Source: Curvularia clavata (Eukaryota). From it: DNA of 64,000 nt. Each line of letters starts with the position of its first letter. The stretch's first letter is position 1. A model generated the notes under the pieces. It worked only from the letters and a program-made list of their open reading frames with translations. It ran no database searches and was not told the origin of the DNA. The DNA lies in contig CP089281.1 in NCBI GenBank assembly GCA_023920165.1, forward strand, positions 930,001 through 994,000, written 5' to 3'. Positions 12,822 to 25,258 of the stretch are shown here, piece after piece. Made by a program: the position numbers and the translations under genes.

Positions 12822-14749
12822 GTTTGTGGTACGGTGTAAACGCAGCAGATATGCTTGAGCTGTTGAATTCCAACAAAGGGTGATTGAGAAGGCTGGAAAG
12901 GCCTCAGTGAAACGTAACAGTCCTGCTTCCTCAAAGGGATGGCAAAGGGCCTTCAGAGAATATATGTCCGCAGGATGCGAAGTTTAAACACTTTGGTGTT
13001 GCAAAAACAAGTTCTCTCGAGGCTTTATACCATTGAGGGGCTATGTTCTTCACTGTGTTGCCTGCATATGTAGCGGCGTCAGATTGTCAGACGTTTGCGC
13101 GACACAAAAACTCTCCATTTGGATCAGGGGTGTATAGAAGCTTCCGCACCAATCAAGCGGACTAAGAAGAAGTGTCTAGTGTATCTTTCGTGCATGCCTT
13201 TACATCAACACCCTATCAGGAGATAACCCGCGATAGGTCAAATCTCAATCTCCGTCACAATCATCCTTGGCAAGGCGAAGATCTTCAGCCAAAGTAGGCG
13301 TGGCTGTTCTAATCAGATTCCTTGTCGAACTCCGATTCGTCAGAGACTTTCCTGATAGTACTTGAAAAAGAAGAGTCACAGTGGTGAGACTAACGGAGTC
13401 AACGGAGTAAGCGGAGATAGATGATCATGTGACCATCCACCAAGCAAAAGCCGACGTGTAAAAGCAATCATACGCTTATGATCATCGTGGGGCCGGACGA
13501 GTTGAGGATGAAACAGTGAATGGTGGGTGTAGACTAAGTCGTGGTGTATCGAAAAGCATGTAAGCCCAAGCGGCCCGCTCAAGCCCTTGGCAGCTCTAGG
13601 AGCAAAGATCTAATTGCTTGTGTTTTGGGAAGCGCACTTGAACAATGCCCTTTGCCATTAGTACCCCACAGTAAGCGGCAAGCAAAAGAGGTTGTGGCAA
13701 TGTGAGTCTGTATCACCAAGAATTGTCACTTTCTCCTGACTGCTCAAAATCCGTTCGTACCTATGGAACACAAGTTGGCCATGAACCTCAAGCAGGTTGG
13801 TACTGTTACCTCCGATGTTCCAAACTTAGGCTTAATTTTGGTCCGAAGCCACCAAAAGTCTCCGACATGCTGTAAATCTGCCTTTGTTTTGGTAGTCTAA
13901 TAGTGAGCCACCAGCCGCTGACAAATGGGCCCTAACGCATGCAGGGCCGTCTTACAAAACGAAACATGGCGGCTGAGTGATGCGGCACAATAAGCGACCG
14001 GTGCCATCATGGTCCTTTCGTCCACAGCTAGGCAGAAATCAGAATTGTCAGCAATGCCAAGTTCGGGCTCCGCGCTCGCACTCTGTTCAGGCCGCCGGTA
14101 GGTAATATGGAATTCTCGTGGGTTCATAACGAATCATCGAAACCTTGAAGTGAGTATGGTTGACGCAATCAAAATCCTTCTATGCGTTATCAAGAAGGCT
14201 GATGTTGATATGTCCGCTAAATCCGCCACGCGCCAAGCAGTGACCGTTTGACCGTTCAGCTGTAACGAGGATATAAGATGGGATTTAACCAGTTACCGAG
14301 ACTTCGGAAAATTGCGAAATGCATGCCATAGCTGTGTGCTACATGTCGGGGCCGTTTCCGACTAAGTGTGGCTAAGGCGGCGATGCAACCATGCAGTGTG
14401 AGGTCAGTGATTATCAAGCAATTTTTGGATACCGAGTGGCCGAATCTTATTTTGTCTGATGTTAACAATCGATTCTAACTAGGTAGTCGGTCCGAAATGC
14501 CTGTCCAGAATGTACATCTCTCTTCTAGCATACTCACCCTCCACCCTGGTCCAACCCATTAGGCGTTATCAGGAACTGTTCCCTTTGTTTTGTTTGCGGG
14601 GCGTTTGGTACGCTTCCGTTTGCGAATTTTTCTTTCCTGCATCCGGATCTCCAGTCTGTACGAACAATACCATGGCGCCAGTGTAGCCTCGGTAAGTCAG
14701 ACGGTCGGTTTGTTGGACTGGACTGACGAGCCACTGGTGGAAGGGAAAG

Positions 14750-16022
14750 TCAGTCGGTTAATCAAAGCGAGAAACTCCTTGAAAATAGAGAGTCTTCGCA
14801 GAAAATACTGGTTAAAGCGAGAAGCTTACAGATTGTGCATGACTCTCGTGTTCGGCGGACGGAATAGTATAGTAAACTGGCCACCCCCTTCCCGCCTTTG
14901 GAGTAAGCCAGTACGCCGGACAAGAGATGACGTTAACACGATAAGCCATACCCGCACTAACCGTTGTCTTGTTCCAAGGAATCTTTCCTGCTTCACAAGT
15001 CTTAGGTTACATCTTCAGATTCGTCAAGTCCTTAGGCGCCAGGTCTAGCAAGCACTGCCTTAGCTAAGTGTTAAACGAAGCAGCGGGAAGAATTGAAACC
15101 AGGTAGTGTGGGTCATTTGTCAGCGCCCCTGCACTTTTTCTCAGCTGCTGTAAATCCACTTCCTTCAAGCACTTGATTTCATCCGTGGCGTTCGCACAAC
15201 CTACGTACGGGATAGTGTGCCAGTACCATTCTTCTACCCAATCGCTGTCGAATCGGAAAGTTTCAACGCAGATAAGACTATTCGCCATGGCTCTGGAGAA
15301 CAAGTCTGTTCCTTGATTTCCTGTAGCAATAACCTACGCAACCAGGTCTCCTGCGCTGGCCGACTGACCCTAGATTGTCACCTTGCCACCGAGATGATGA
15401 ACATACTTCTTAACCCACTCCAGCGCCGCTTTCTGGTTTAAGAATTCAGGATTAAGATCAACATCCGGGTGCTCTGCGACTTTCGTGCCAGCAAGATATC
15501 CAAATACGCTAGTACGGTGGTTCGCATACGCGATCACACAGTCGTTTCTGTCGTCAACATCTAGGACGAGATAAGCAGGGAGTAGCATGCTCCATGTTTC
15601 GCTTGTACCAAGGTAGCCGCCATTGTAAAACGCCACCAGCACCGGTCTGAAGCATTGCATATTCTCCGAAGGTCAAAAGTACACACCCGAATAGAGGCAA
15701 GCTTCCGATCCATTCACAACGCGTTGCGGACAGAGTTCAAACAATTGATCCGTGTCGTATACGCCATTGGTAATGGGTAGCGGTGACTGAGGACCCCTAG
15801 GCTAGTTTGCGCCCGCTGTATGTGCTGCAAATGGGATCTTGCGACAACATGTCAAGTTGTGTTCGGACGAGTATGCGCACCAAAAGGTGCCATAGCCGAT
15901 TTGGATAATGGGTGATGATGCATCTTGCATTCGGTCAGGAACCGAAGATGCGGATATAGCCGGGAAGTTAAAGAGCAAAAAACACGAGGATGATTGGTGA
16001 GGCGATGGAGAATAGCATCATG
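14750..16022 (-). pseudogene. Decayed secreted type-B carboxylesterase
   Basis: IQIGYGTF..YSSEHNLTCCRKIPFAA..GAN*PRGPQSPLP...GSEACLY..VYF*P...PVLVAFYNGGY...ANHRTSVFGYL...NQKAALEWVKKYVHHLGGKVTI*GQSASAGDLVA*VIA...LFSRAMANS; at least four in-frame stops plus a frameshift after the signal peptide. Left boundary approximate. Confidence 0.85.
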
Positions 16023-16592
16023 ACGAAAGAGATTGTATCACGTCAGTGATGGAAGCTGGGTGCCTACAGGCTTTTGCACGGGTGAGCACAGAATCTTATT
16101 CTGAGCCCTTGTACTCGGTCTCTCCACTGACAGAACTGCCGTGCCGTGCCCTAGTATCCGGATTGTCGGGACACAAGCAATCAAAGATCTCCGCAAATGC
16201 CAGGAAGAAAGCGGGGAGTTTTGCTCTAATCTAATTGCACTATTCGGCGCAATTTGTGCCCAAGCTTAAGCACAGCCGTAGTTTCGGCCAATGTTTTTCC
16301 TCATCACCTCAGCGCTGTAGAGTCTTCGGCTGTCATTTACTATCCTCTGGAAATATCGGATTGACAGGAAGGTAAGTTACGGGTAATGCAATATTTGCGT
16401 GGTGATATTCTTAGGATACCCTAAAAGTCAAGTCCAGACGGAACTGCACAACTTCAGTAATGGTGAAGGACAAAAAATAATGCAATTGGTATCTTAAACC
16501 CCGACATTTCCTGAGCCTCAACGCCGTCATTACTCATAATACTGATTCGTGAACACTTGGTCGAAGTCCCCGTAGTGGAAAGCGCAGCAATG

Positions 16593-19500
16593 CTACTTTC
16601 TCTCGCCCTTCCTTCCAGTCTTCTTAAGCCTAGCAGCGAGATCGAGCATGGCATCAGCCCATACCGACATGCCTTCTCTTTCCTTGACCTCATTTCCACA
16701 GAAGTCCTTCAAAAATGCACTCATCTTCTCTTCACCATACTTCTCTCCATACACAACTTCTGCTGTCATGTTCACGTCAGTCTCTACACCCTCCTTGCCT
16801 AGGTTTACCCCAAGTTCAAAAGTCGCCTTGACCTTCGTCTGGAGGGTGGGAAGAAGCATATTGGCAGTGATAGCCATGCGTTCATCCGAAAGTATGCACT
16901 CTTCTGTGATGTAGCTGTGCTCCAGCCAGCGGACACCCTCGGCAACTGCAAGTGCACTAGCCCAGCTGTTCTTGACAAGGTGGAGAAGGGAGGAGATGCG
17001 TGTTTGCGATTGTGGAATGCCATGCAGGTGTGCACGAATGAGTTGGAGGAAAAAGCGCTTGCTTGTAGTCAGGGGGCGGGGATGGGGTGTTGCTGAGTCC
17101 CCGATGTAGGCGAGCGAGATGGACTGATTGGGTGTGTTGGAACCCGTGAAAAACGCAGATGGTACGAAGTATAGTTCCAAGTCATTCAGATGAGTCATTG
17201 TGATACTTGTCGAAGAAGCCGAAGTAATGCTCCAACCGTGTGCTTGTTCTAGGGCACTAACTCGAGCTGTATTGCTGTTAACAAGAGGTTACCAAGAATC
17301 ATTTTATGGAACATACCCTTCAGATTGCTGACTTCGGTTGTAGACCAGCCACGGCACTCCTCTCGCACGCGTTCTGCAGCCTTGATCTCCTCTATGCACT
17401 CAACCTTACGGTCTTTTGCTGCCTCAATGCGAGTTTCCTTATCGGCGAGTTCCCTCTGGAGCTGGACCAACAATTGCTTCTTCTTTTCCAGCTCAGCGTC
17501 GGTGGCAGTAAGCTTCTCCCTTGTTTGCTCAAGCTCTTCTCGGTCGCAACTGTTGAGTTCATCGTGTCGCTGCTGTAACCGCTTGCATTCGGCAGAGAGA
17601 GCCTCTTTTTTCTCAGCCAGGGGTGGTAGTACAACATCAAGGAGCTGCTCTTGATTGGTGAGTGTAGACTCATCGCGCTTAAAGCCATCCATGGTGTGAA
17701 GAAGACCAGCCTTTAGATCCTGCAAGAGAGTGCTTCTCCAGGTATACCATTCTCCACGCGCTTCGAGGCGAGCGTTGGTCTTAAGGTTCTTGAATTGATT
17801 GTCCATCACAGCACGCTGGTCCGGAGGAGCAGTGAGATATTCACTGAAGAGAAGTGGGTTCTCTTCCAAGACATTGGCTTCCATAGTGCGGACAAAGTGC
17901 CGACCATCTGAAATGTACTTCTTCATCTCGTGACATGCATGTTGATACAGTTCGTACTCGGGCAGTGTGCACGCACCGGCAACCACGAAGCGGTCCAGTG
18001 ACTCTTCCTTCTCCTCCACTTCAACATCATGGAAAGCGGCAGGAGCAGCAGTATGTCGCCGTTTGGTCGTACTAAGATCCATGAAGCGGATTTTTGTCAT
18101 GTCCAGGAAGTCTTGGAGGGAGATGCGCTCAACTTCAGAAAAGTCTTCCACAACACCTTCATCTACTTCAGCCTCCTCTTGTGCTTGCTCACCAAAGATC
18201 ACACGCTTCTTGGGGCTCATGCTCTTTCGTGGAGTCGCCTTCTTAGGTGTTGGAGTCTTTTGCTTAGGCGTCGGCTGCTTTTGAGGGGTCTGAGACTTCT
18301 TTGGAGTCATGCCGCGCTTGACTGGCGACATGAACGTCTGTTTCCGTGGAGTAGATAGCAGCTTGATGCTGTTGCTCAGTAAGGCAGTACTCTTCAAAAC
18401 AGGTTCTGCGCGTAAAGGGCTAAACTGTACAGCAGATAATGAAGAACGACGCTTGTTCAGGATAGGCGCCGCGATTGGATCCTCTGCAACCGCTTTGGGG
18501 GCCTCTTTTCCCTTTTCACTGGTTGGCGTCGCTGCAAGCTTCTTCTCCTTGGAAGCACTCAAAGGAGTGCGGCGCACAAACGGAGAAGGCTCAACTTCTT
18601 CAATGTCTTTTTGTCTTACGATTTCAGGAGTACCTGGGTCCAGATTTGGATAAACCACGTCGCCTGAAGTAGCAGGAGTTACTTCTTTCAAGACTTCGAG
18701 TGCAGCTTCTGTCTCTGGTTTGAGAATGGAGCTCCTTCTGCTTCCAGGAGACTTTTTGTCTGAAGACTTCTGTGGAGTAGGTATCTTGCCAGCTGGAACG
18801 GGCGTAACGTTGACGAGTTTCTCTGGTGCCTCCGATGATACATTGGATCGCTTAATGCCAGGCCCAACAATCTTGGTGAACTCCATGGAAAGATCCTCAT
18901 CTTCGACATCGTCCTCCTGCTCCTCCTGCTCCTCCTGTTCCTCCTCTGAAGGAGAGGGGCCTTTTTTGATGTTGCCCATAGCCAATGTGAAATCCATAGT
19001 TGCGTCCTCAGCGGTAGTCTCGATGCTAGTACGTCTGGTGGATGCAGGTTGCGGTTTCTTCACAATACCCCCAATGGCCATTGTAAGATCCATCGTGGCA
19101 TCTTCGGATGTATTCTCTTCGGATTGTGGGCGTGGTCGCAGGCTGGTCCGCCGATTGGTAGGACGCTTTGCAGGGCTTCCTTGGGACATTTCAAGCATCG
19201 ATATCCTCCTTTTAAGACTCTTCCTTCGGTCCGCGGGTGCGTTAGCTGCCATAGCCCGTATGGCTCCTAATGGCATGGTGAGGTCCATGCTCATATCCTC
19301 GTCCATGTCCGAACCTGCATCCTCAGAATGCCCCTCTTGCTCTTGTTCCTTCTCCTTCTTCTCCTCCTCCTGCTGTTGCTGTTGCTGTTGCTGTGGAATG
19401 ATGCGCCCAACTGCACGTGTAATGTCCATACTCATATCGTCATCCTCGACTACGGTGCGTGCTGGTGAGAAGAGAGGGCTGGCATTCTCTTTGTCGTATT

Positions 19501-20499
19501 CGGCAACGAAACTTTTCTTCGCCCATGGTTTAAATGCAGAGGTAATCTCGTCTTGGGCTATATCCATGGTCATATCACCGTCCTCGTCATCCAGATCTAA
19601 CCTTTGAGTAGTTGCCAGGTTCGCGGCTTCACGCAGGGCAGCATCCAACCGAGCACTACTTTGTGAGGAGTCCTCCGTATCTGGAGAAGCGCCCAGATTC
19701 TCTGTTATATCGTCGCTACCCTCAGAATCGCTGCTACTATCATTATCCCCGGGCGATGCATTGTCCCCACTCAGAGGACTCGAAGAGTAGACGTCATCTG
19801 GGTTGTTGAAGTTCATAGGTGGAATAACAGAACTTCGGCGGTTTTTTTTCTGATGTTGCGAGCGCTGGTTTGCGGGTGACGAACTATGCTCACGCTGGGG
19901 CTCTTCGGCTTGCTCTGGTGGTGTGGAAGGGGGCTCAGCGGGGTCTGAAGGAGGGGCGGGTGACGCAGGTGTGGATGTCTGGGACACATTTGAGGCTCTC
20001 CTGGTGGCTTCGGACGAGGCGGAGGAAGTGGTCGCATCGCGTATATACTCAACTACATCCCACGTATGTAAAGTAGCCTCTGGTGCGAACGAGACGCGTC
20101 GCCTTGCTAATAGCTTATTAGTACTGCATATAGTACATCTATAAGTTACTATGCTCACCCAAGGACTTGCGACGGGCTTCACGCCGCTTCTTCTCATCTT
20201 CGCTATTCGAGGCGAGGATTGACTTGACTGCGGGGATAAATGCAGACTAGACGGTCAGTATTCTGTATATTCAGGGTCGCATACAGCCAGCATACCTTTC
20301 TCCTGTTTCCCGCAGTCTCTTTCAGCGGGGGCGCTTCCAACTCCTCTAGGCCGCCAGGGCCAATACTCTTACTACGCGTCTTTCGCGGTGCTTTTTTGGG
20401 CGACAGGGAGGCTCTCTTGGAAGCTTGGGAGGATACCTTGAATGAGGAATTGGCGACGAGGCCATCGGCAATGTTCTCTTTGCCGCCCGTTTGCGACAT
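16593..20499 (-). CDS. spc7: Outer kinetochore scaffold Spc7/Spc105/KNL1
   Basis: Four exons. N-terminal KSIL and RRVSF PP1-docking motifs, six MELT-like motifs (MDIA, MDIT, MDLT x2, MDFT, MEFT), ISLQDFLDMTKIRF Spc7 domain, coiled coil and C-terminal domain. Confidence 0.93.
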
Positions 20500-20910
20500 G
20501 GTGCGGTTGGAATCTGGAGTGTGGTTGTGGTATTCGGGACGGGAGCGTCGATGTAAACACGACAAGCGCCAAACCAAACAATCGACGTCAGGCCCGTGCG
20601 TCCTTCGCCTGATCCTGTGACCGTCAACTCCCCGCATCACCAAACACCATCACCAGCTGTGACTTGGATTTCTATTTGCTAACCAATATCATTCAAGGGT
20701 ATCTATATAAGAATCGAAAGCTATGTATGAATCCAGAGAATCACAGCCAAACAAATTGCGCAAACCATCCGTTGTCCGATCCCTGTTATTACAAACGAGC
20801 GACTCAAAGGAAATCCGATGTCTATGAAAACAATCGAAACCCAGAACGCATGACCCAAAACGCCATTATCCTCCTGTTGAAAAAAATGAACGCGATCCAG
20901 CAATCCAAGC

Positions 20911-21591
20911 CTAGTCTCCATTGATGAGCCTGCGGCGGCGCCATCCACTCAGCGGCCGAAGCTCCTCAGTGTTTGCCCCGCTGATCCTTTGGTATCTGCT
21001 CCATCTCTCAGCTGAAGTCTCCCTCTCCCTTTCTTCGAAATCTCCAAAGAAGCTATCTCGTCGGACCCTACTCCGCTCTCTCGACTGAGAGCGCTCACGC
21101 GACTCCCAGCGCTCAGCTATCCACCTGTCGCTACGATGGAGTGAGTCGCTAGGCCGGAGATGGGTCACATGTGAATGGTGGTGAGATGTGCTGGGCCGGT
21201 CCAAGGCAGAGTTGAATCTGAACCGAAGCGCACGGTCGTTCCTGTCTTCATCATCGCTATGGTGGTGATGAGCAGAGTACCTGTATGTATGGCGTGCATC
21301 GTAGCTGTGTCGCCTCTCGTCGTCTTCGGTGTTACGCGTGTCGTTTGACCAGACGTTGTAGCGTTCGAGCTGAGAAGGTTGATCGCGAACCGTCAAGGCA
21401 GTGGATGACCTGCCCGCCCTGTGATTTGCAGGGTAGGGATAGTCATCATGGCCGTCATCGTCGAGATCGGAAAGCGTAATGCTGCGGTCATGTTTGTTGG
21501 TGTTGCGGCGCACGAGATGGCGAGAACTGTGAGTGTCGTATTCTGGAGTGCGCTCACGAGAGTGAGTGTGGGTATAGTGCAAGTAAGGCAT
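20911..21591 (-). CDS. Hypothetical His/Arg/Ser-rich disordered protein (~226 aa)
   Basis: Uninterrupted ORF with biased, protein-like composition (MPYLHYTHTHSRERTPEYD...LRPLSGWRRRRLINGD); no recognisable domain. Confidence 0.6.
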   Translation of the reverse strand: MPYLHYTHTHSRERTPEYDTHSSRHLVRRNTNKHDRSITLSDLDDDGHDDYPYPANHRAGRSSTALTVRDQPSQLERYNVWSNDTRNTEDDERRHSYDARHTYRYSAHHHHSDDEDRNDRALRFRFNSALDRPSTSHHHSHVTHLRPSDSLHRSDRWIAERWESRERSQSRERSRVRRDSFFGDFEERERETSAERWSRYQRISGANTEELRPLSGWRRRRLINGD

Positions 21592-23397
21592 CGTGGTTGC
21601 CTTGTAAGCCTGACTTGCAGAAGACGGCGACAAAGTCGAAGAGGTAATGGAATGAGATGTCGTATTGAGGAAGCTTATGTTGAAGATACTTGTATTCTTG
21701 CCTGTAAGAAAAGGGTGAAGGATACGACTGTCTTGTCACACCCTCTATATACCATTCGGGCTGATGTCTCAACTGCCTACACGCCAAAGGACATCATCGC
21801 TGGCCAGTTTGGACCCACACCACCCGTGAACAATCAACACAGCACCGCCTCTCTTTGGTGGCTCGCAGCGTGGCTGATGCAGGTAATGGCGCACGATGGT
21901 TGGCTGCGCCTCGTCGTTGGCGCGCTCGCGCATGAACCATCCCTTGCCGATGAACACTTGACCGCCAAACTATTGAGGCTTAACGGTTGCTTCTTGGTCA
22001 GCTACACCCTCATGAAACCCTTCCGCGGTGAAATCTTGAGCACGTTCAGGCCAAAAAGTTGCGGTCGCCACCACGGGGCTGTGGCATTAGGGAAGTGTGG
22101 GGGCCGCAAACGTGACGGTAAGAGGCCGGCCGCTGTGATCAAAGTAAGGCAACATGACGGGACTTGCCGTTGTGACAGGTGCCTGCAAACACGCACCATC
22201 TTGCTCCCGTATGTTCGCAGATGTTATCGATTGTCTTGGTTCCAGCTGGTCTACTAATCAAAGTTTGCGACGCAGCGAACGACATGGAAGCTGGTGGATT
22301 ACCATCGTCACGAGCGCGATTGGTTACAATTCGTTCGTATAGATGGATCAGAGGCTATGACCCTTCTGAACTCAGGATGCGGCTGTATGAGCTGGGTTGC
22401 GAGACGTCATCAGGCTGAACGCATTGGCGTGTAGCATCCGGCCAGACCCTCAAGAGGGCTGTGCTCTGGTGGCCATCTCAGAGAGCAAACTGCCAGGTGT
22501 TGTGAGTGTCCCTTAGGACCCAGGAGGCCTGCAACAAAGACCCCAAGTCTGACTCAACAACATGGACACTGGTCACCTGGATCTTGAGGTTGCACTGGTT
22601 GCCTGGAATGACGCTACTGGTTCTCAGAGGCGGCCTCCAGCGCCGTCCCTATGTTGTCGGTGGCTGGCCCAGGCTACCTCAGGCAGGGTCCTCAGCCCTA
22701 AAGACAGCGCTTCTGTCTACTCACGTGCTATTCAAGAAACAACAATACTATTGTGTTTGAGTTGTTGGGATACTAGGGGCCGTGCTCACGGCTTGCCCAA
22801 ATTTCTCGCCGAGGTTTACTTCGTTTTCTCTAGGCTCCAAAGGCAGCTTTGACTAGGGTATCTGAGAATCTAGAACTACGCTGGAAGAATTTGCGCGTGT
22901 TTCAATCTTTTCGTAGGAGACGATAGGCCATGGCCGCTTTCAAGGTCCAATTCCTTTTGTTCAGGCACGCTGTTCTTCAGGCGCCCAGCTCGGCAATCGG
23001 CCCTACAAGATCTTGGTTGTGTAGTCAGGGCTGTCTATAATTTTTCCGGGAACTTAAATTGCATCTTGTGAGCTGCATAAAGCAACAGCTTACCTGAAAC
23101 CCGGCGTCGGAGATGGTAGCAAAACGTGCAATCCCCGGAGAAAGATAGGCGATGAAGGATGTGCCAATGTACTGCTAAGGTATTGCATTGACTCTTGGCG
23201 CGCGGTCGCGCCATCTTCGTTCTCAGCCTAGCCGAGATAAGGAGCTGCTTGCGGCACAGTTTATGATCGTCAACTTTTCAGAAATTGAAGGCAGTAAAGG
23301 GGTTGCAATGATTAAGAGCACGAGACGCTTTGTTCTTCGCCTCTTAGCACCCGCTCAACATTCGCTACAAGCCGCACGATACAGATAGCGTTCCACC

Positions 23398-24607
23398 ATG
23401 TTGATGTTTCTACCGCCAGAACTCCTGACTCTCGTGGTGCTTGGCACGGCTGTTGTAGCATTTCCACGTGTGTAGTCTCTCCAAGGAACAAGAATCTCAA
23501 GACTCACTTCTAGTAGAGGATGCCATTCCAGTAGGAGACTCTATAGCCACCAATGCAACTGCCACCACATCCGCCGACCCAGATCGCTTTGCTGCATCGG
23601 AAACACCAGCGGCTCCAGACGAGGAAATTAATCTATGTATTATCGATCCAAACGCATGTGGTCACCGAGAGATACCTGAGCTTCCAACAGCAACAGGCTT
23701 CGACGACACCGAGGTAAACTCGTTTATTGCCGCTCCTACCTCTCAGGCCAACGTGGTTGTTACTTCAAACATTCCGACCATTATCGACGTTCACATAAAT
23801 ACTGCAGTACGTGGACCAGCAGCCAGCTTTACCGTTGGTGTACCCGTGGCTAGCTTGGCAGGAGATGGAAACGATGCTGAGAGGAACATGGGACAACCCA
23901 ACACCGCAGTGCAAAAAGATATCGCTGTTTCTTCTGATGTCCCAAAGCAACCTGTAGTCAGTCCTGCAGGGATGATCCCGTCCACGGTTGTCTTGCCGAA
24001 TCCGCAACAGACATCACAGAACAGTCTACTGTTAAACGTGGTCTCGCGGCTGGGCCAGACAGGTTCCGTTCCACAACCTACTTCATCCTCCTCGGGGACG
24101 ACGGATGCTTCCGGCAAAGACTCATCAGACACAACAGGTGCTTCGGGTGAAGACTCCTCTGTCAACTCCGTAGCACCTTCACAAAAAGATGGTATCACGC
24201 CAGGTCCGGGCATGCCAAGCGCCACAAGTCCTTCAGTAATTGCCGGGAACTCGATTACTCTTGGCTCGGCAGTATTGACGCTAACGCCTGGTATTTCTAC
24301 CACAATCGGACCAAACTCCGACCAAACATTTATCGCAATAACCACCAATGTGGCTGGAAGCACGCTAGTCACAATCAGCTCAAGTGGAACTGCTGTCACG
24401 GCTACTGTAAGCACTACGCCAACTGTGCTTACTTTGTCGAAAACAGGATTCGAAGCGAGTATAACTCATGGTGCTGGTCCGGAACGCTATACCGGGAAAC
24501 TAAGTACCACTACCAGTAGCGGACTGGCTGTCGAAAACAGGAGGAGCGAAGTAGGATGGTGGACTAGTGCAATTCTTGGATTTCTACCGATTGTCTTCGG
24601 TTTCTGA
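23398..24607 (+). CDS. Secreted Ser/Thr-rich, probably GPI-anchored cell-surface protein
   Basis: Signal-peptide exon 23398-23467 (MLMFLPPELLTLVVLGTAVVAFP) joins the 379-aa ORF in frame through a 46-nt intron 23468-23513 (GTGTGT...CTCAC...TAG); hydrophobic C-terminus WWTSAILGFLPIVFGF. Confidence 0.75.
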
Positions 24608-24931
24608 AAATAATCAATTACTATAAGAGACTGTACCTTTCAACGGATTTAAAGATATAATTCTAGACGACGAATACACGGAACGCGGGACATGGAACAT
24701 CCGGGTAATCATGTGGCCGGCTTACTCGCTTTACATCCCGCTGCTCACCCCTGCGTCAACCTCTCTTGTTGAACATAAGAATGCATCAATTCTCTCAACC
24801 GGCTCACTCAGCATGTCGCCATCACTCATCGCCTTAAGAGTCCACGTAAGACGGCTTTCATTATACTCTAATCTTAATCACCTGAACTGGCAACTCCTGG
24901 GTCGAAACACCTCCAAAAAAAACTCCGCATA

Positions 24932-25105
24932 ATGTCTTCAAAAGGCAAAACATCCAATCTCACGACTCCCTACAAGGCGGCCAAAGATCTGGGGTATGAT
25001 GGTTTCCCAGCCTTTCTAGCGGCTTACGGGTTGTATGTTTGGGACCCGGATCAAGTGGAAGAGGGCAAGGAAATACTAAGGGGCATGGGCTACAACGTCT
25101 TATAA
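24932..25105 (+). CDS. 57-aa small protein of unknown function
   Basis: ATG..TAA: MSSKGKTSNLTTPYKAAKDLGYDGFPAFLAAYGLYVWDPDQVEEGKEILRGMGYNVL; below the ORF-track cutoff. Resembles, from memory, a small fungal family with F..F..SYGL..W..DDV.EGK.IL. Confidence 0.7.
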   Translation: MSSKGKTSNLTTPYKAAKDLGYDGFPAFLAAYGLYVWDPDQVEEGKEILRGMGYNVL

Positions 25106-25258
25106 ATTGCTGAGATATGACGAAGAGAATGAGATATTGGGTTCCTGAACAATGACCAATGTGTTACAACATAATGATCACATCCTCTGAGAACATATGT
25201 CGGGAGAGTTTTTATCATACAATACTATACATGTTACCACCGCCTAGGTTTGCCACAT

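Noticed and set aside
23398..23513. Apparent frameshift/stop after the signal peptide of the Ser/Thr-rich gene
   Set aside because: A 46-nt GT-AG intron restores the frame.
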